From: an uncultured Sphingobacteriales bacterium
GTDB taxonomy: Bacteria > Bacteroidota > Bacteroidia > CAILMK01 > CAYYUA01
Assembly: GCA_964542585.1 (NCBI GenBank)
Contig: CAZIUI010000001.1
Location: 16,824-80,823 of the forward strand
DNA length: 64,000 nt
Direction of reading: 5' to 3'
Positions 38,604 through 49,014 of the stretch are shown here, in pieces. The notes under the pieces are model-generated. The model made no database searches. It had not been told where the DNA came from and worked only from the letters and a program-made list of their open reading frames with translations. The position numbers and the translations under genes were made by a program. The first letter of the stretch is position 1, and every line of letters starts with the position of its first letter.

Positions 38604-39068
38604 ATGTTAAGTGACCAGGAGAAACGAGAAATAGACGAAGAAATTGCGATTTACCCAGCAAAGGAAAATGCCTGTCTGGAGGCGCTTCAGGTTGTTCAGA
38701 AACACCGAAATTGGGTTTCAGATGATGCGCTAAAGAGCGTAGCTGAATACCTTGAGATGACCCCTGATGAGCTAGAGGGTGTAGCAACTTTTTACAACCT
38801 GATTTTTCGCAAGCCTGTTGGCCGGAACGTTATCCTGATGTGTGAAAGCATCAGTTGTTGGGTATTAGACTATGAGCGATTGATGAGCTACATTAAACAA
38901 AAGCTCAATCTAGACCTTGGAGAAACAACACCGGATAACCGGTTTACCCTGTTAACCATTCCTTGCTTAGGGAATTGTGATCATGGTCCGGCTATGATGG
39001 TTAATGATAACCTTCACCAGGATTTGACAGAGGATCGTATTGACGAAATACTAAAGCAGTACACTTAA
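38604..39068 (+). CDS. nuoE: NADH-quinone oxidoreductase subunit E
   Basis: 2Fe-2S thioredoxin-like fold with Cys pattern C..ISC...C.G.C. Confidence 0.9.
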   Translation: MLSDQEKREIDEEIAIYPAKENACLEALQVVQKHRNWVSDDALKSVAEYLEMTPDELEGVATFYNLIFRKPVGRNVILMCESISCWVLDYERLMSYIKQKLNLDLGETTPDNRFTLLTIPCLGNCDHGPAMMVNDNLHQDLTEDRIDEILKQYT

Positions 39069-39080
39069 AAATGAGGAGAA

Positions 39081-40343
39081 ATGGAAAAGCCGCTGACTAA
39101 AGATATTCGGGAAGATAGAACACCACTTACGCTAAAGGAATATGAAGCAACAGGCGGTTATGAGGCGTTAAAATACGCCTTAGCCAATATGAAACCCAGT
39201 GAGGTGACGGGAGAAGTGAAACAGGCCAATGTAAAAGGTCGTGGTGGCGCTGGGTTCCCACTGGGCATGAAGTGGGGTTTTGTAGATATTAGCGATAATG
39301 CCCCTCATCCTAAATACCTGATCGCTAACGCTGATGAGATGGAACCCGGTACGTTTAAGGACCGGCTCCTTATGGAAGGTAATCCCCACCAATTGATAGA
39401 GGGGATGATCCTTGCAGCTTATGCCATTAGGGCTGATATTGCTTTTATTTTCCTTAGATGGGCTTACAGAGAGGCCGAAGCTCGGCTAAAGCATGCTATT
39501 AAAGAGGCCGAAGAAGCTGGATACCTGGGTAAAAATATCCTGGGCTCGGGCTGGGGTTTAGAAATGCACATTCACACAAGCGTGGGACGTTACATGTGTG
39601 GCGAAGAAACGGGACTCATAAACGCGTTGGAAGGTAAACGGGCAACGCCAAGGGCTAAGCCCCCATTTCCTCAAGCAGTCGGACTTTTTGGTAAGCCCAC
39701 TATTGTTAACAATGTGGAGTCGTTATGTAACATCCCCCACATCGTGAACAATGGAGCTCAGTGGTTTCTGAACCTTGGTATATCCGATGAAGGGGGCACT
39801 AAACTGTACGGGGTTAGTGGAAATGTGAAAAATCCCGGTGTTTGGGAACTTCCCTTGGGCGTTTCTATGCGCACCATCATTGAGGAATATGCCGGTGGGA
39901 TGAAAAATGGTCATCAATTCAGGGCCGCACTTCCTGGTGGCGCTTCTACTGATTTTCTGACGACTGATCACATGGACGATATGATGGATTATAAAACGGT
40001 CATGGACAATGGAAGCCGGTTAGGAACCGGATTACTCATTGTTCTGGATGATCAAACGTCAGTCGTTGGCTTTGTCGCCAACCTTGAAAAGTTTTTTGCG
40101 CAAGAATCCTGTGGCTGGTGCACACCCTGCCGCGATGGAATACCTTATGTGCAGAAAACACTGTTAAACATGTACAATGGCTACGGCAAGCCCGGCGACA
40201 TTGAAATACTTGAAGAACATACCAGTTATTTAGCGCCAGGTAAAACCTTTTGCGCTTTTGCACCGGGGGCTATGGAGCCCTTACAAAGTGCTCTAAAATA
40301 CTTCAGAGAAGATTTTGAAGCCTGCATCGCTGAACCTGCTTAA
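39081..40343 (+). CDS. nuoF: NADH-quinone oxidoreductase subunit F
   Basis: GRGGAGFP FMN/NADH site, YMCGEETGLI, and 4Fe-4S ESCGWCTPCR. Confidence 0.95.
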   Translation: MEKPLTKDIREDRTPLTLKEYEATGGYEALKYALANMKPSEVTGEVKQANVKGRGGAGFPLGMKWGFVDISDNAPHPKYLIANADEMEPGTFKDRLLMEGNPHQLIEGMILAAYAIRADIAFIFLRWAYREAEARLKHAIKEAEEAGYLGKNILGSGWGLEMHIHTSVGRYMCGEETGLINALEGKRATPRAKPPFPQAVGLFGKPTIVNNVESLCNIPHIVNNGAQWFLNLGISDEGGTKLYGVSGNVKNPGVWELPLGVSMRTIIEEYAGGMKNGHQFRAALPGGASTDFLTTDHMDDMMDYKTVMDNGSRLGTGLLIVLDDQTSVVGFVANLEKFFAQESCGWCTPCRDGIPYVQKTLLNMYNGYGKPGDIEILEEHTSYLAPGKTFCAFAPGAMEPLQSALKYFREDFEACIAEPA

Positions 40344-40357
40344 GAAACCTTGCTGCT

Positions 40358-43123
40358 ATGGCAACGATTTATATTGATAATGAAGCTTATGAGGCCAGAG
40401 ACCGGCAGAACCTGCTAGAGGCCTGCCTGTCAAATGGTTTAGATCTACCATACTTTTGCTGGCATCCGGAATTAGGCTCTGTAGGTGCTTGTCGGCAATG
40501 TGCCGTTAAGCAATACAAAGACGAAAACGATACGCAGGGCAAACTGGTGATGTCCTGTATGACACCAGTTTCCGATGGGGCGCAGGTTTCAATTAAAGAT
40601 CCCGAAGCTGATCAGTTCCGAAAAAGCATTATTGAGGAATTGATGACCAATCATCCGCATGATTGCCCAACTTGTGATGAAGGTGGGCACTGTCACCTTC
40701 AGGATATGACAATCATGACGGGCCATAACTACCGGCGTTTTCGCTTCAATAAAAAAACTTTCAGAAATCAGGATCTGGGGCCCTTCATCCATCACGAGAT
40801 GAACCGGTGTATAACTTGTTATCGCTGTGTTCGGTTTTATCGGGATTATGCAGGTGGCCGTGATTTGAAAGAGCAAGCCAACGGAGTAAGAACTTATTTT
40901 GGCCGCCATGAGGATGGTCCGCTTCAAAATGAGTTTAGTGGTAATCTGGTGGAAGTTTGCCCAACCGGTGTATTCACGGATAAAACTTATCGTCAGCATT
41001 ATACCCGCAAATGGGATTTGACCACAGCTCCATCCGTTTGTCATCATTGCGGCTTAGGTTGCAACATCATAGCAGGTGAACGGTATGGCTCGCTTCGCCG
41101 GGTTGAAACACGCTACAATGGAGAGGTAAATGGGTATTTCTTATGTGACCGCGGACGTTTTGGTTATGAATTCGTAAACCATGATGAGCGGCTATGCTAC
41201 CCCCTTCAAAAAGAACAAGATGGTAATCAGCATTCTATTCCTAAAGAGCGGGCACTTAGTGAAATCAGCAATATCCTTGAGAATAGTCAAAAGCCCATTG
41301 GAATTGGCTCACCGCGTGCTTCGATGGAATCCAACCAAATGTTAAAAGCATTAGTAGGAGAAGAACATTTCTATCTGGGCATGGCTGATAAGGACTATCA
41401 TCTGACACGTAAAGCTTACGATATCCTGCAGAATGGGCCTGCCCGAACACCAGGGCTTCGGGAAATTCAAGAAGCGGATGCGGCTTTTGTTTTGGGAGAG
41501 GATATAACTAATACTGCTCCTTTAGCAGCCCTTTATTTACGGCAGGTTGTAAAGACTCAACCCCGTGAAAAGGCGATGGAGCAAGCTGGAATTCCTGATT
41601 GGCAGGAATTAGCCCTTCAGAATGCCACCTACAATCAATATGGCCCGCTACACCTGGCCACTCACACGTGGACTAAGCTAGAAGATGTCGCCTCTGCTTC
41701 AATTCACGCTTCTAATGAAGGCATTGCAAGGCTTGGCCATGCCGTTGCAAACCTTATCAATTCCAATGCACCTTCGGTTGAAGGGTTGACAGTAGAAGAA
41801 CAGGCCAAAGCCGACAAAATTGCTGACAACCTGAAAAATGCAAAGCGCCCCCTAGTGGTTTCAGGTACCAGCGCAGGTAGTGAGGCAGTTATGGAGGCTG
41901 CTGCTAATATTGCTTACGCGCTATCTACCAGTGAGGAGCCAGCTGAGCTTGCGCTAACTGTACCAGAAGCAAATTCGATGGGTCTGGCAATGCTTGATGG
42001 TAAGCCTTTATCTGAAGGGCTTGATGCACTCCAAAACCGGGAAGCTGATACTATCGTCTCTCTGGAAAACGACCTTTACAGGCGAGCAGGTCATGATAAA
42101 ATAGCCAAAGCGTTAAGTGATGCGGCTCACCTTATAGCAATTGATCATACAGCAAATGCCACTACCCGTCAGGCAGATGTGGTGCTACCGGCTGGTAGTT
42201 TTGCTGAGTCGGATGGTACGCTTATTAACAATGAAGGCCGGGCGCAGCGATTTTACCAGGTTTATGTGACCGAGAATGATATCCATGAAAGTTGGCGTTG
42301 GCTCCGTGAAATTTTCCATGCGCTAGGTAGGGGTGATGTTGTTGAAGATCTCCAGTCTCTTGATGACTTCACGCAGCGGGTCATTCAATCCAACTCCGTA
42401 TTCAAGCCTATGGAAGACATTGCGCCACCACCGGGCTTTCGTATCCATGGTCAGAAAATTCCCCGGCAATCTCACCGGTACAGTGGTCGAACAGCTATTG
42501 GCGCTCACAAAAATGTTAGTGAAGAAAAGCCACCCGAAGATGAGGATTCTCCCCTCTCCTTTACAATGGAGGGATTTAGGGGTACGGTGCCCTCATCGAG
42601 TATATCTTACTTTTGGTCTCCAGGCTGGAGTTCAATTCAGTCCGTGAATAAATTTCAAATTGAGGTAGGGGGCAAGCTTCATGGCGGAGATCCTGGCAAG
42701 CGACTTATAGAGCCTGCTTCGATTGAGGAATGGCAGTTTTACCAAGATCCACCGAAGGCTTTTATGCCGCATGAAAACACCTTTGAAGTTGTGCCACTTT
42801 ATCACATTTTCGGCTCAGAAGAACAAAGTATGAACGCACCAGCCGTACAACAGCGAGCTGCAGGTCCTTATTTAGCTTTATCTGAAGAAGACGCAAAGCA
42901 AATCGGAGTTCTTGAGGATGACATTGTGGATATAAGTTTTGATGAAGTACAGTTGAGTTTACCGGTACATCTTAGGTCTGACTTGCCAAAGGGATTGGTG
43001 GGTTATCCGCGTGGATTACCCGGTTTACCGGAACTTAACTTGCCATCGCAGGCTGGTTTAAAGAAATCCGAAAGTACCGTTCCATCTATTTCAGCACAGC
43101 CCGCAGTACATAGCGAAGTTTAA
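40358..43123 (+). CDS. nuoG: NADH-quinone oxidoreductase subunit G (long, E. coli-like form)
   Basis: 921 aa. N-terminal 2Fe-2S and 4Fe-4S Cys clusters (CWHP...GACRQC, HPHDCPTCDEGGHCHLQ, CITCYRCVRF). Molybdopterin-like C-terminal domains. Confidence 0.95.
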   Translation: MATIYIDNEAYEARDRQNLLEACLSNGLDLPYFCWHPELGSVGACRQCAVKQYKDENDTQGKLVMSCMTPVSDGAQVSIKDPEADQFRKSIIEELMTNHPHDCPTCDEGGHCHLQDMTIMTGHNYRRFRFNKKTFRNQDLGPFIHHEMNRCITCYRCVRFYRDYAGGRDLKEQANGVRTYFGRHEDGPLQNEFSGNLVEVCPTGVFTDKTYRQHYTRKWDLTTAPSVCHHCGLGCNIIAGERYGSLRRVETRYNGEVNGYFLCDRGRFGYEFVNHDERLCYPLQKEQDGNQHSIPKERALSEISNILENSQKPIGIGSPRASMESNQMLKALVGEEHFYLGMADKDYHLTRKAYDILQNGPARTPGLREIQEADAAFVLGEDITNTAPLAALYLRQVVKTQPREKAMEQAGIPDWQELALQNATYNQYGPLHLATHTWTKLEDVASASIHASNEGIARLGHAVANLINSNAPSVEGLTVEEQAKADKIADNLKNAKRPLVVSGTSAGSEAVMEAAANIAYALSTSEEPAELALTVPEANSMGLAMLDGKPLSEGLDALQNREADTIVSLENDLYRRAGHDKIAKALSDAAHLIAIDHTANATTRQADVVLPAGSFAESDGTLINNEGRAQRFYQVYVTENDIHESWRWLREIFHALGRGDVVEDLQSLDDFTQRVIQSNSVFKPMEDIAPPPGFRIHGQKIPRQSHRYSGRTAIGAHKNVSEEKPPEDEDSPLSFTMEGFRGTVPSSSISYFWSPGWSSIQSVNKFQIEVGGKLHGGDPGKRLIEPASIEEWQFYQDPPKAFMPHENTFEVVPLYHIFGSEEQSMNAPAVQQRAAGPYLALSEEDAKQIGVLEDDIVDISFDEVQLSLPVHLRSDLPKGLVGYPRGLPGLPELNLPSQAGLKKSESTVPSISAQPAVHSEV

Positions 43124-43144
43124 AGCATTTTAAATTCCCTAACC

Positions 43145-44095
43145 ATGGCAACCATCTCGGTCGTGCTTTTGATTGTATTTTCAATTTCCCCTGCCCTTAT
43201 TTGGGTAGAGCGTAGAATGTTGGCTTTTTGGCAAGACCGGAAAGGGCCTAATAGGGTAGGACCATTAGGGATTTTTCAGCCAGTAGCTGATGCTGTAAAG
43301 CTTATTTTTAAAGAAGACTGGACGCCACCCTTTGCTGATCGGTTTGTTTTTATCCTGGCACCCACGATAATCGTTATAAGCATTTTGATGAGCTTCATGA
43401 TTATCCCTTTTACTCCCGATCTGGTGGTGCTAGATCTTAATATTGGGGTGTTGTTTTATTTGGCCATGTCTTCCCTCGGGGCTTATAGTTTAGTCTTAGG
43501 AGGTTGGGCTTCTAATAGTAAATATTCGCTGATAGGAGCTATGAGGGGCGCCTCACAAATGATTACTTACGAAGTTTTCCTGGGCCTGTCCTTGATGGGA
43601 ATTGTGATATTAAGTGGCTCTTTGAGCCTTAAGGATATTGTTTTAGCTCAAAAAGATGGCTGGTATGTTTTCCCGCAGTTCCTGGGTTTCTTCCTGTTTT
43701 TGGTAGCTGCACTTGCGGAGAGCCATCGTCTGCCTTTTGATTTACCGGAATCAGAAAGTGAATTAGGAGCGGGCTTCCACTCAGAATATTCCGGGATGAA
43801 GTTCGGGATGTTCTTTTTGGGTGAATACATGGGAATTGTCCTGATATCCGCTCTTACCACGACCTTTTTTCTAGGAGGTTGGCTACCCCCGGTTGACATG
43901 GCCTGGGCTAATGCAATTCCGCCCATCATTTGGTTTATGGGCAAAACCTTTATTTTCATTCTGTTATTTATTTTACTTCGAGCATCTATTCCGAGGCCCC
44001 GTTATGATCAGCTATTGGGGTATGGATGGAAAATCATGTTACCTTTGGCACTCCTGAATTTATTAGGAACAGGAATTTTTACCCTGTTGACTTAA
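43145..44095 (+). CDS. nuoH: NADH-quinone oxidoreductase subunit H
   Basis: [36 protein letters not shown]. Confidence 0.95.
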   Translation: MATISVVLLIVFSISPALIWVERRMLAFWQDRKGPNRVGPLGIFQPVADAVKLIFKEDWTPPFADRFVFILAPTIIVISILMSFMIIPFTPDLVVLDLNIGVLFYLAMSSLGAYSLVLGGWASNSKYSLIGAMRGASQMITYEVFLGLSLMGIVILSGSLSLKDIVLAQKDGWYVFPQFLGFFLFLVAALAESHRLPFDLPESESELGAGFHSEYSGMKFGMFFLGEYMGIVLISALTTTFFLGGWLPPVDMAWANAIPPIIWFMGKTFIFILLFILLRASIPRPRYDQLLGYGWKIMLPLALLNLLGTGIFTLLT

Positions 44096-44127
44096 ATTGC
44101 TTAGGTAGGTTAAAGAAAATTGACCTT

Positions 44128-44643
44128 ATGTGGAGTATATTCAGAAGTTTAGCAATGGTTTTCATGCACATCTTTAGCAAGAAAGAAACCATTGAGTATC
44201 CCGATACTAAACCTTATTTAGCGCCTCGTTATCGCGGCCGAATTATCCTTAGCCGTGATCCGGATGGAGGAGAGCGCTGTGTGGGATGCTATCTATGTGC
44301 GGTGGCCTGCCCAGTTGATTGCATAGCTCTTCAGGCTACTGAGGATGAAAACGGAAGGCGCTACCCTGAGACCTTCCAGATTAACTTCTCAAGGTGTATA
44401 TATTGTGGTTTATGCGAGGAAGCTTGTCCAACCTACGCTATTCAATTAACACCTGATTACGAAATGGCTGAATACAACCGTCAAAATATGGTTTACGAGA
44501 AAGAACACCTGCTAATCAATGGGCAGGGTAAACACCATGGTTACAATTATTACAAGGTTTCTGGAATGGCAATTGGTGGAAAAGATAAAGGGCAAGCTGA
44601 GCGAGAAGAAGAGCCCGTTGATACCAAAAGTCTTATCCCCTAA
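44128..44643 (+). CDS. nuoI: NADH-quinone oxidoreductase subunit I
   Basis: Two 4Fe-4S ferredoxin motifs: [12 protein letters not shown] and [15 protein letters not shown] 44128 is chosen; the track ORF start at 44026 overlaps nuoH. Confidence 0.9.
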   Translation: MWSIFRSLAMVFMHIFSKKETIEYPDTKPYLAPRYRGRIILSRDPDGGERCVGCYLCAVACPVDCIALQATEDENGRRYPETFQINFSRCIYCGLCEEACPTYAIQLTPDYEMAEYNRQNMVYEKEHLLINGQGKHHGYNYYKVSGMAIGGKDKGQAEREEEPVDTKSLIP

Positions 44644-44682
44644 ATTCGCGACTTCAATTCGGGCTCTAAACCCTAGCTATTA

Positions 44683-45231
44683 ATGGACCTCAGCGTTGTC
44701 TTTTACACAGCTGCCGCCGTTTCGATCTTTTCCACTATAATGGTGATTACTCGGTATAATGGGGTACATGCCCTTTTATGGCTTATATTATCGCTTTTAT
44801 CAATGGCCATGATTTTTTTCACGCTCGGAGCGCCCTTCTTAGCAGCGCTTGAAGTAGTGATCTATGCGGGAGCCATTATGGTGCTTTTCATTTTTGTGGT
44901 CATGATGCTCAACCTTGGTCAGGACCAGGTTAGAACCGAACGAAAGTGGCTTACACCTAAGAGTTGGGTCATGCCATCTCTTTTTGCGTTAATCCTGCTT
45001 GTTGAACTTCTTTATATCTTAAGTGCAGGTACCCCTGAAGGGCTTGATCCAGCCAAAATAAATCCAAAAGCCATTGGAAAAGCTTTGTATGGTCCTTACT
45101 TAATAGGTGTTGAATTAACAGCCATTCTGTTGATGGCCGGTATTGTAGGGGCTTACCATATTGGCCGTAAGAAAAAACAAGCCGTTCATCGTTACATGAA
45201 AGAAGAGGTTACTGATGGAAGTACCCGTTAA
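44683..45231 (+). CDS. nuoJ: NADH-quinone oxidoreductase subunit J
   Basis: Hydrophobic 5-TM protein. Motif VIYAGAIMVLFIFVVMML. Confidence 0.9.
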   Translation: MDLSVVFYTAAAVSIFSTIMVITRYNGVHALLWLILSLLSMAMIFFTLGAPFLAALEVVIYAGAIMVLFIFVVMMLNLGQDQVRTERKWLTPKSWVMPSLFALILLVELLYILSAGTPEGLDPAKINPKAIGKALYGPYLIGVELTAILLMAGIVGAYHIGRKKKQAVHRYMKEEVTDGSTR

Positions 45232-45520
45232 CGCTGCTCTCGCCTTGTCCGGTATTCTCATGATGTTAGGATTAATCGGAGTTCTTGTGCGCAGGAATAT
45301 TATTTTTATGCTGATGTCAATTGAAGTGATGCTGAATGCTTCCGGGTTAGCTTTTGTAGTGGGTAGCGCTAAGCACGGAGCCGTTGAGGGGCAAGTTATG
45401 TTTCTCTTTATTCTTGCAGTGGCAGCCGCTGAAGTGGCGGTTGGACTAGCCCTTATCATAAAAGTTTATCAACACTTCCAAACCCTCGATACCGATGGGC
45501 TTAACCAGTTAAAAGGTTAA
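45215..45520 (+). CDS. nuoK: NADH-quinone oxidoreductase subunit K
   Basis: 101 aa, 3 TM. VRRNIIFMLMSIEVMLNA and AAAEVAVGLA. 17-nt overlap with nuoJ. Confidence 0.9.
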   Translation: MEVPVNAALALSGILMMLGLIGVLVRRNIIFMLMSIEVMLNASGLAFVVGSAKHGAVEGQVMFLFILAVAAAEVAVGLALIIKVYQHFQTLDTDGLNQLKG

Positions 45521-45535
45521 TAAAAACCCAATTGC

Positions 45536-47419
45536 ATGCACGCCTTAATTGGTCTTATTCCGGCCATTCCCTTTTTTAGCTTTTTAGTTCTCAGTCTGAC
45601 AGGTTTACGCTTAACTAAGCCTTTAACCGCTATTTTAGGAGTTGGATCTATAGGCTTATCAGCTATTTTTAGTGTCATAGCAGCTTTATTTTTTTTTGGT
45701 AGCGATGCTCAGAGCTTTGAAGTTGTACTATGGCAATGGATGAACGTAGGCGGTTTTCAACCTGAGTTTGGATTTCGAGTGGATGCGCTTACCGTGGCTT
45801 TTATACTTGTAATCACTGTTATAGGATTTTTTATCCATCTTTTTTCATCTGAATTCATGTACCATGAGCCAGGCTTTGGGCGCTTTTTTGCAGCCATGAA
45901 CCTTTTTGTTAGTGCCATGCTCATCCTGGTAATGGCTAATAACCTGGCCCTGTTGTATTTAGGTTGGGAGGGTGTAGGCCTTTGCAGTTATTTATTAATA
46001 GGATTTTACTACAATGAAACCAAGAACACCCTAGCAGCCCAAAAAGCCTTTGTAGTAACGCGAATTGGTGATGCTGCCCTTGGAATTGGCTTGTTCCTGT
46101 TGTTTGCAAGCTTAGGCACGCTTACTTTTAGGGAGTTGCCACAAGCTATTGAGCAATCATGGAAAGTGGGTGATCCGCTTGCTATCAGTGCGGCAGCACT
46201 TTTACTAATAGGTGCATTGGGTAAGTCAGCGCAGTTACCGCTTCAAACCTGGCTACCGGATGCCATGGCCGGACCATCGCCGGTCAGTGCACTTATTCAC
46301 GCTGCTACCATGGTGACGGCTGGGGTTTATCTTATCGCAAGGACCCACTTTATTTTTACGTTGGCACCCTCAGTTATGATGCTTGTAGCAATTATTGGAG
46401 CAGTTACTTTACTCGTGGCAGGCTTCAGTGCACTTACGCAGCGAGATATAAAACGTGTCCTTGCTTACTCCACTATTAGCCAGATAGGTTACATGTTCCT
46501 AGCCTTGGGAGTAGGAGCGTGGTCAGCTGGTATTTTCCACTTTGTTATCCATGCCTTTTTTAAGGCTTTGCTGTTTTTAGGAGCCGGAGTGGTCATTCAT
46601 GCGCTCCACGATGAACATGATATTTTCAAAATGGGGGGATTAAGGAAGCAACTCCCGGTTACTTTCTGGACCTTTCTCATTGGGTCAGCTTGTTTAGCAG
46701 CTATTCCATTAATAACAGCAGGTTTTTACAGTAAGGATGCTATTTTATGGGCAGCTTTTGCCAGTGATCAGGGAGGTTCATTACTTTGGATAGCTGGCTT
46801 CCTTGGGGCTATTGTCACCGCTTTTTATACCTTTCGAATGGTGTTTGTCACCTTTTTTGGCAAAGCGCAAATAGAAGTTGATCACAAACCGGGCATGGTA
46901 ATTAAGCTTCCGCTAATCGTATTAGCTATTCTATCCCTGGTAGGAGGTTTTATAGAAACGCCGCACTCGATTGGAGGAATCCATGTATTTTCAGGATTTG
47001 TAAACGGAGCCTTACCGGTTTTTGAGGCGCATGGAAGCTTGAGTACTGAAATTCTTCTACAGGTCCTTACATCATTAATGGCCTTAATAGCCATATTCAT
47101 GGCGTACCAAGTGTACGTAAAACAAACCATCAATCTTCAATCGTTATCGGAAGGTAAGGTAGCCAATGGGCTTCATACTTTCCTGACTAAAGGGTGGCAA
47201 TTTGATGCCCTATACGATACAGTTCTGGTTAAACCCTTTGGTTTTATCGCTAGAATAAACAGATCTGATGTGATCGATAAGTTTTTTGCTTTTATTGTCT
47301 TTGTTGCTAAAGCTTTTCATTACCTCTTTAGCCTAACCCAATCCGGCCGGTTGCGATGGTACGCCACTGGTTTAGCTTTGGGTGCCATATTGACCCTAAC
47401 GATAATGGTTTTCTTATGA
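45536..47419 (+). CDS. nuoL: NADH-quinone oxidoreductase subunit L
   Basis: 627-aa antiporter-like subunit. GWEGVGLCSYLLIGF, GKSAQLPLQTWLPDAMAGPSPVSALIHAATMVTAG. Confidence 0.95.
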   Translation: MHALIGLIPAIPFFSFLVLSLTGLRLTKPLTAILGVGSIGLSAIFSVIAALFFFGSDAQSFEVVLWQWMNVGGFQPEFGFRVDALTVAFILVITVIGFFIHLFSSEFMYHEPGFGRFFAAMNLFVSAMLILVMANNLALLYLGWEGVGLCSYLLIGFYYNETKNTLAAQKAFVVTRIGDAALGIGLFLLFASLGTLTFRELPQAIEQSWKVGDPLAISAAALLLIGALGKSAQLPLQTWLPDAMAGPSPVSALIHAATMVTAGVYLIARTHFIFTLAPSVMMLVAIIGAVTLLVAGFSALTQRDIKRVLAYSTISQIGYMFLALGVGAWSAGIFHFVIHAFFKALLFLGAGVVIHALHDEHDIFKMGGLRKQLPVTFWTFLIGSACLAAIPLITAGFYSKDAILWAAFASDQGGSLLWIAGFLGAIVTAFYTFRMVFVTFFGKAQIEVDHKPGMVIKLPLIVLAILSLVGGFIETPHSIGGIHVFSGFVNGALPVFEAHGSLSTEILLQVLTSLMALIAIFMAYQVYVKQTINLQSLSEGKVANGLHTFLTKGWQFDALYDTVLVKPFGFIARINRSDVIDKFFAFIVFVAKAFHYLFSLTQSGRLRWYATGLALGAILTLTIMVFL

Positions 47420-49014
47420 TGCTGATATGGATATTATTGATCATGCTTGGAGGTGGTGGTGTAGCTTGGTTGCTTAGTCAATGGAGTAAGGTTTTATCGC
47501 GGATAGTTGCTTTAGTTGCTGCCTTAATCCCTTTTCTCATTTCCACAGGCTTTTGGGTCAACACTGGTTTTCCTGTAGGAAGTGGTCATACCGGTAATTG
47601 GCTTATGAGTCTCCAGGTTGAATGGATCCCTTCGTTTGGAATTGATTTTTACCTCGCCCTTGATGGCTTAAGCCTATTGATGATTGTCCTAACAACTTTC
47701 ATAGGCGCTTTAACCATCCTGTACAGTTGGGGGCGTTACCCCTACAAAGAAGGCTTTTACTACTTTAATATGCTTTGGGTTCTAGCTGGAATAACGGGTG
47801 TTTTCCTGGCAATGGATCTTTTTCTGTTTTATTTCCTGTGGGAAGTAATGCTGATCCCTATGTACTTTTTGATTGGTATTTGGGGAGGTGAAAACCGTTA
47901 CAATGCTGCATTTAAATTTTTCATATTCACGCAGGCCGGTGGTTTGCTGATGTTGCTTTCGATTTTGGGGCTTCAGGTGTTACACTGGCAGGAAACCGGA
48001 TCGCCTGATTTCAGCTATAGGGCGCTTTTAAACACCAAAATTGGATTAGCTTACGCTTATCCACTGATGTTGGGATTTTTAGCTGGATTATTGGTAAAAC
48101 TTCCTGCCTTTCCTTTACACACTTGGTTACCCAATACTTACACGGAAGCGCCTTCGAGCGCCAGCATTGTTTTATCAGGCCTAATGGTCAAAACAGCTGC
48201 GTATGCTCTACTGCGGTTTGTTTTGCCACTCTTTCCCTCAGCCGTGGCATCTTTTAGCCCCATAGGAATGCTGTTAGGAGTTATCGGTATTTTATATGGT
48301 GCTAAATTAGCTTACGCCCAAACTGATATAAAAAGAATTGCAGCTTATTCCAGCTTCAGCCATATGGGTTACATCCTTTTAGGTGTTTTTGCTTTTAACC
48401 AATTGGCTATGCAAGGTGTGGTCATGCAGATAGTAGCCCATGGCATTAGTACAACGGCAATATTTGCGCTTACCGGCCTTATTGAATCTCGTTTTGAAAC
48501 CCGTGATATTAATAACCTGGGCGGGTTGTACACTAGTAACCCTGTTATGGGCGGAGTCGCTTTGATTTTTATCATGGCATCATTGGGGTTGCCCGGTTTA
48601 GCCAATTTTATTGCTGAGTTCTTAGTATTAATGGGCGCTTATCAAGCGGATGTCCTACTAGCTGTAATTGCTACAATGGGTTTGGTGCTTTCAAGCCTTT
48701 ATGCCCTAAGGATGATGCAAAAAGTCTTTTTTGGTGAGGTTCCCGATAACTTTAAAAATCTCACAAAGCCTGTTATTAAACCAACAGAGGGTATTGTAAT
48801 GGGGACCCTTATCATGGCAGTTGTTGTATTGGGATTTTACCCTCAGCCTGTATTTTCTACCGCTAAAGGTACGATTCAGTCTCTTACAGCAACAACTGTT
48901 GAACCTGAAGATAAGAAATCAGCCAAAAAGAAGCAGTCGTTGAAATTCAAACATGAACTGGTGGATCTTAATCCGGCCCTAATTAACAAAAGGCTTTCTC
49001 ATGACGCCAACTGA
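47416..49014 (+). CDS. nuoM: NADH-quinone oxidoreductase subunit M
   Basis: Antiporter-like subunit. ATG 47416 overlaps the nuoL stop (ATGA). KLPAFPLHTWLPNTYTEAPSSASIVLSG. Confidence 0.9.
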   Translation: MMLIWILLIMLGGGGVAWLLSQWSKVLSRIVALVAALIPFLISTGFWVNTGFPVGSGHTGNWLMSLQVEWIPSFGIDFYLALDGLSLLMIVLTTFIGALTILYSWGRYPYKEGFYYFNMLWVLAGITGVFLAMDLFLFYFLWEVMLIPMYFLIGIWGGENRYNAAFKFFIFTQAGGLLMLLSILGLQVLHWQETGSPDFSYRALLNTKIGLAYAYPLMLGFLAGLLVKLPAFPLHTWLPNTYTEAPSSASIVLSGLMVKTAAYALLRFVLPLFPSAVASFSPIGMLLGVIGILYGAKLAYAQTDIKRIAAYSSFSHMGYILLGVFAFNQLAMQGVVMQIVAHGISTTAIFALTGLIESRFETRDINNLGGLYTSNPVMGGVALIFIMASLGLPGLANFIAEFLVLMGAYQADVLLAVIATMGLVLSSLYALRMMQKVFFGEVPDNFKNLTKPVIKPTEGIVMGTLIMAVVVLGFYPQPVFSTAKGTIQSLTATTVEPEDKKSAKKKQSLKFKHELVDLNPALINKRLSHDAN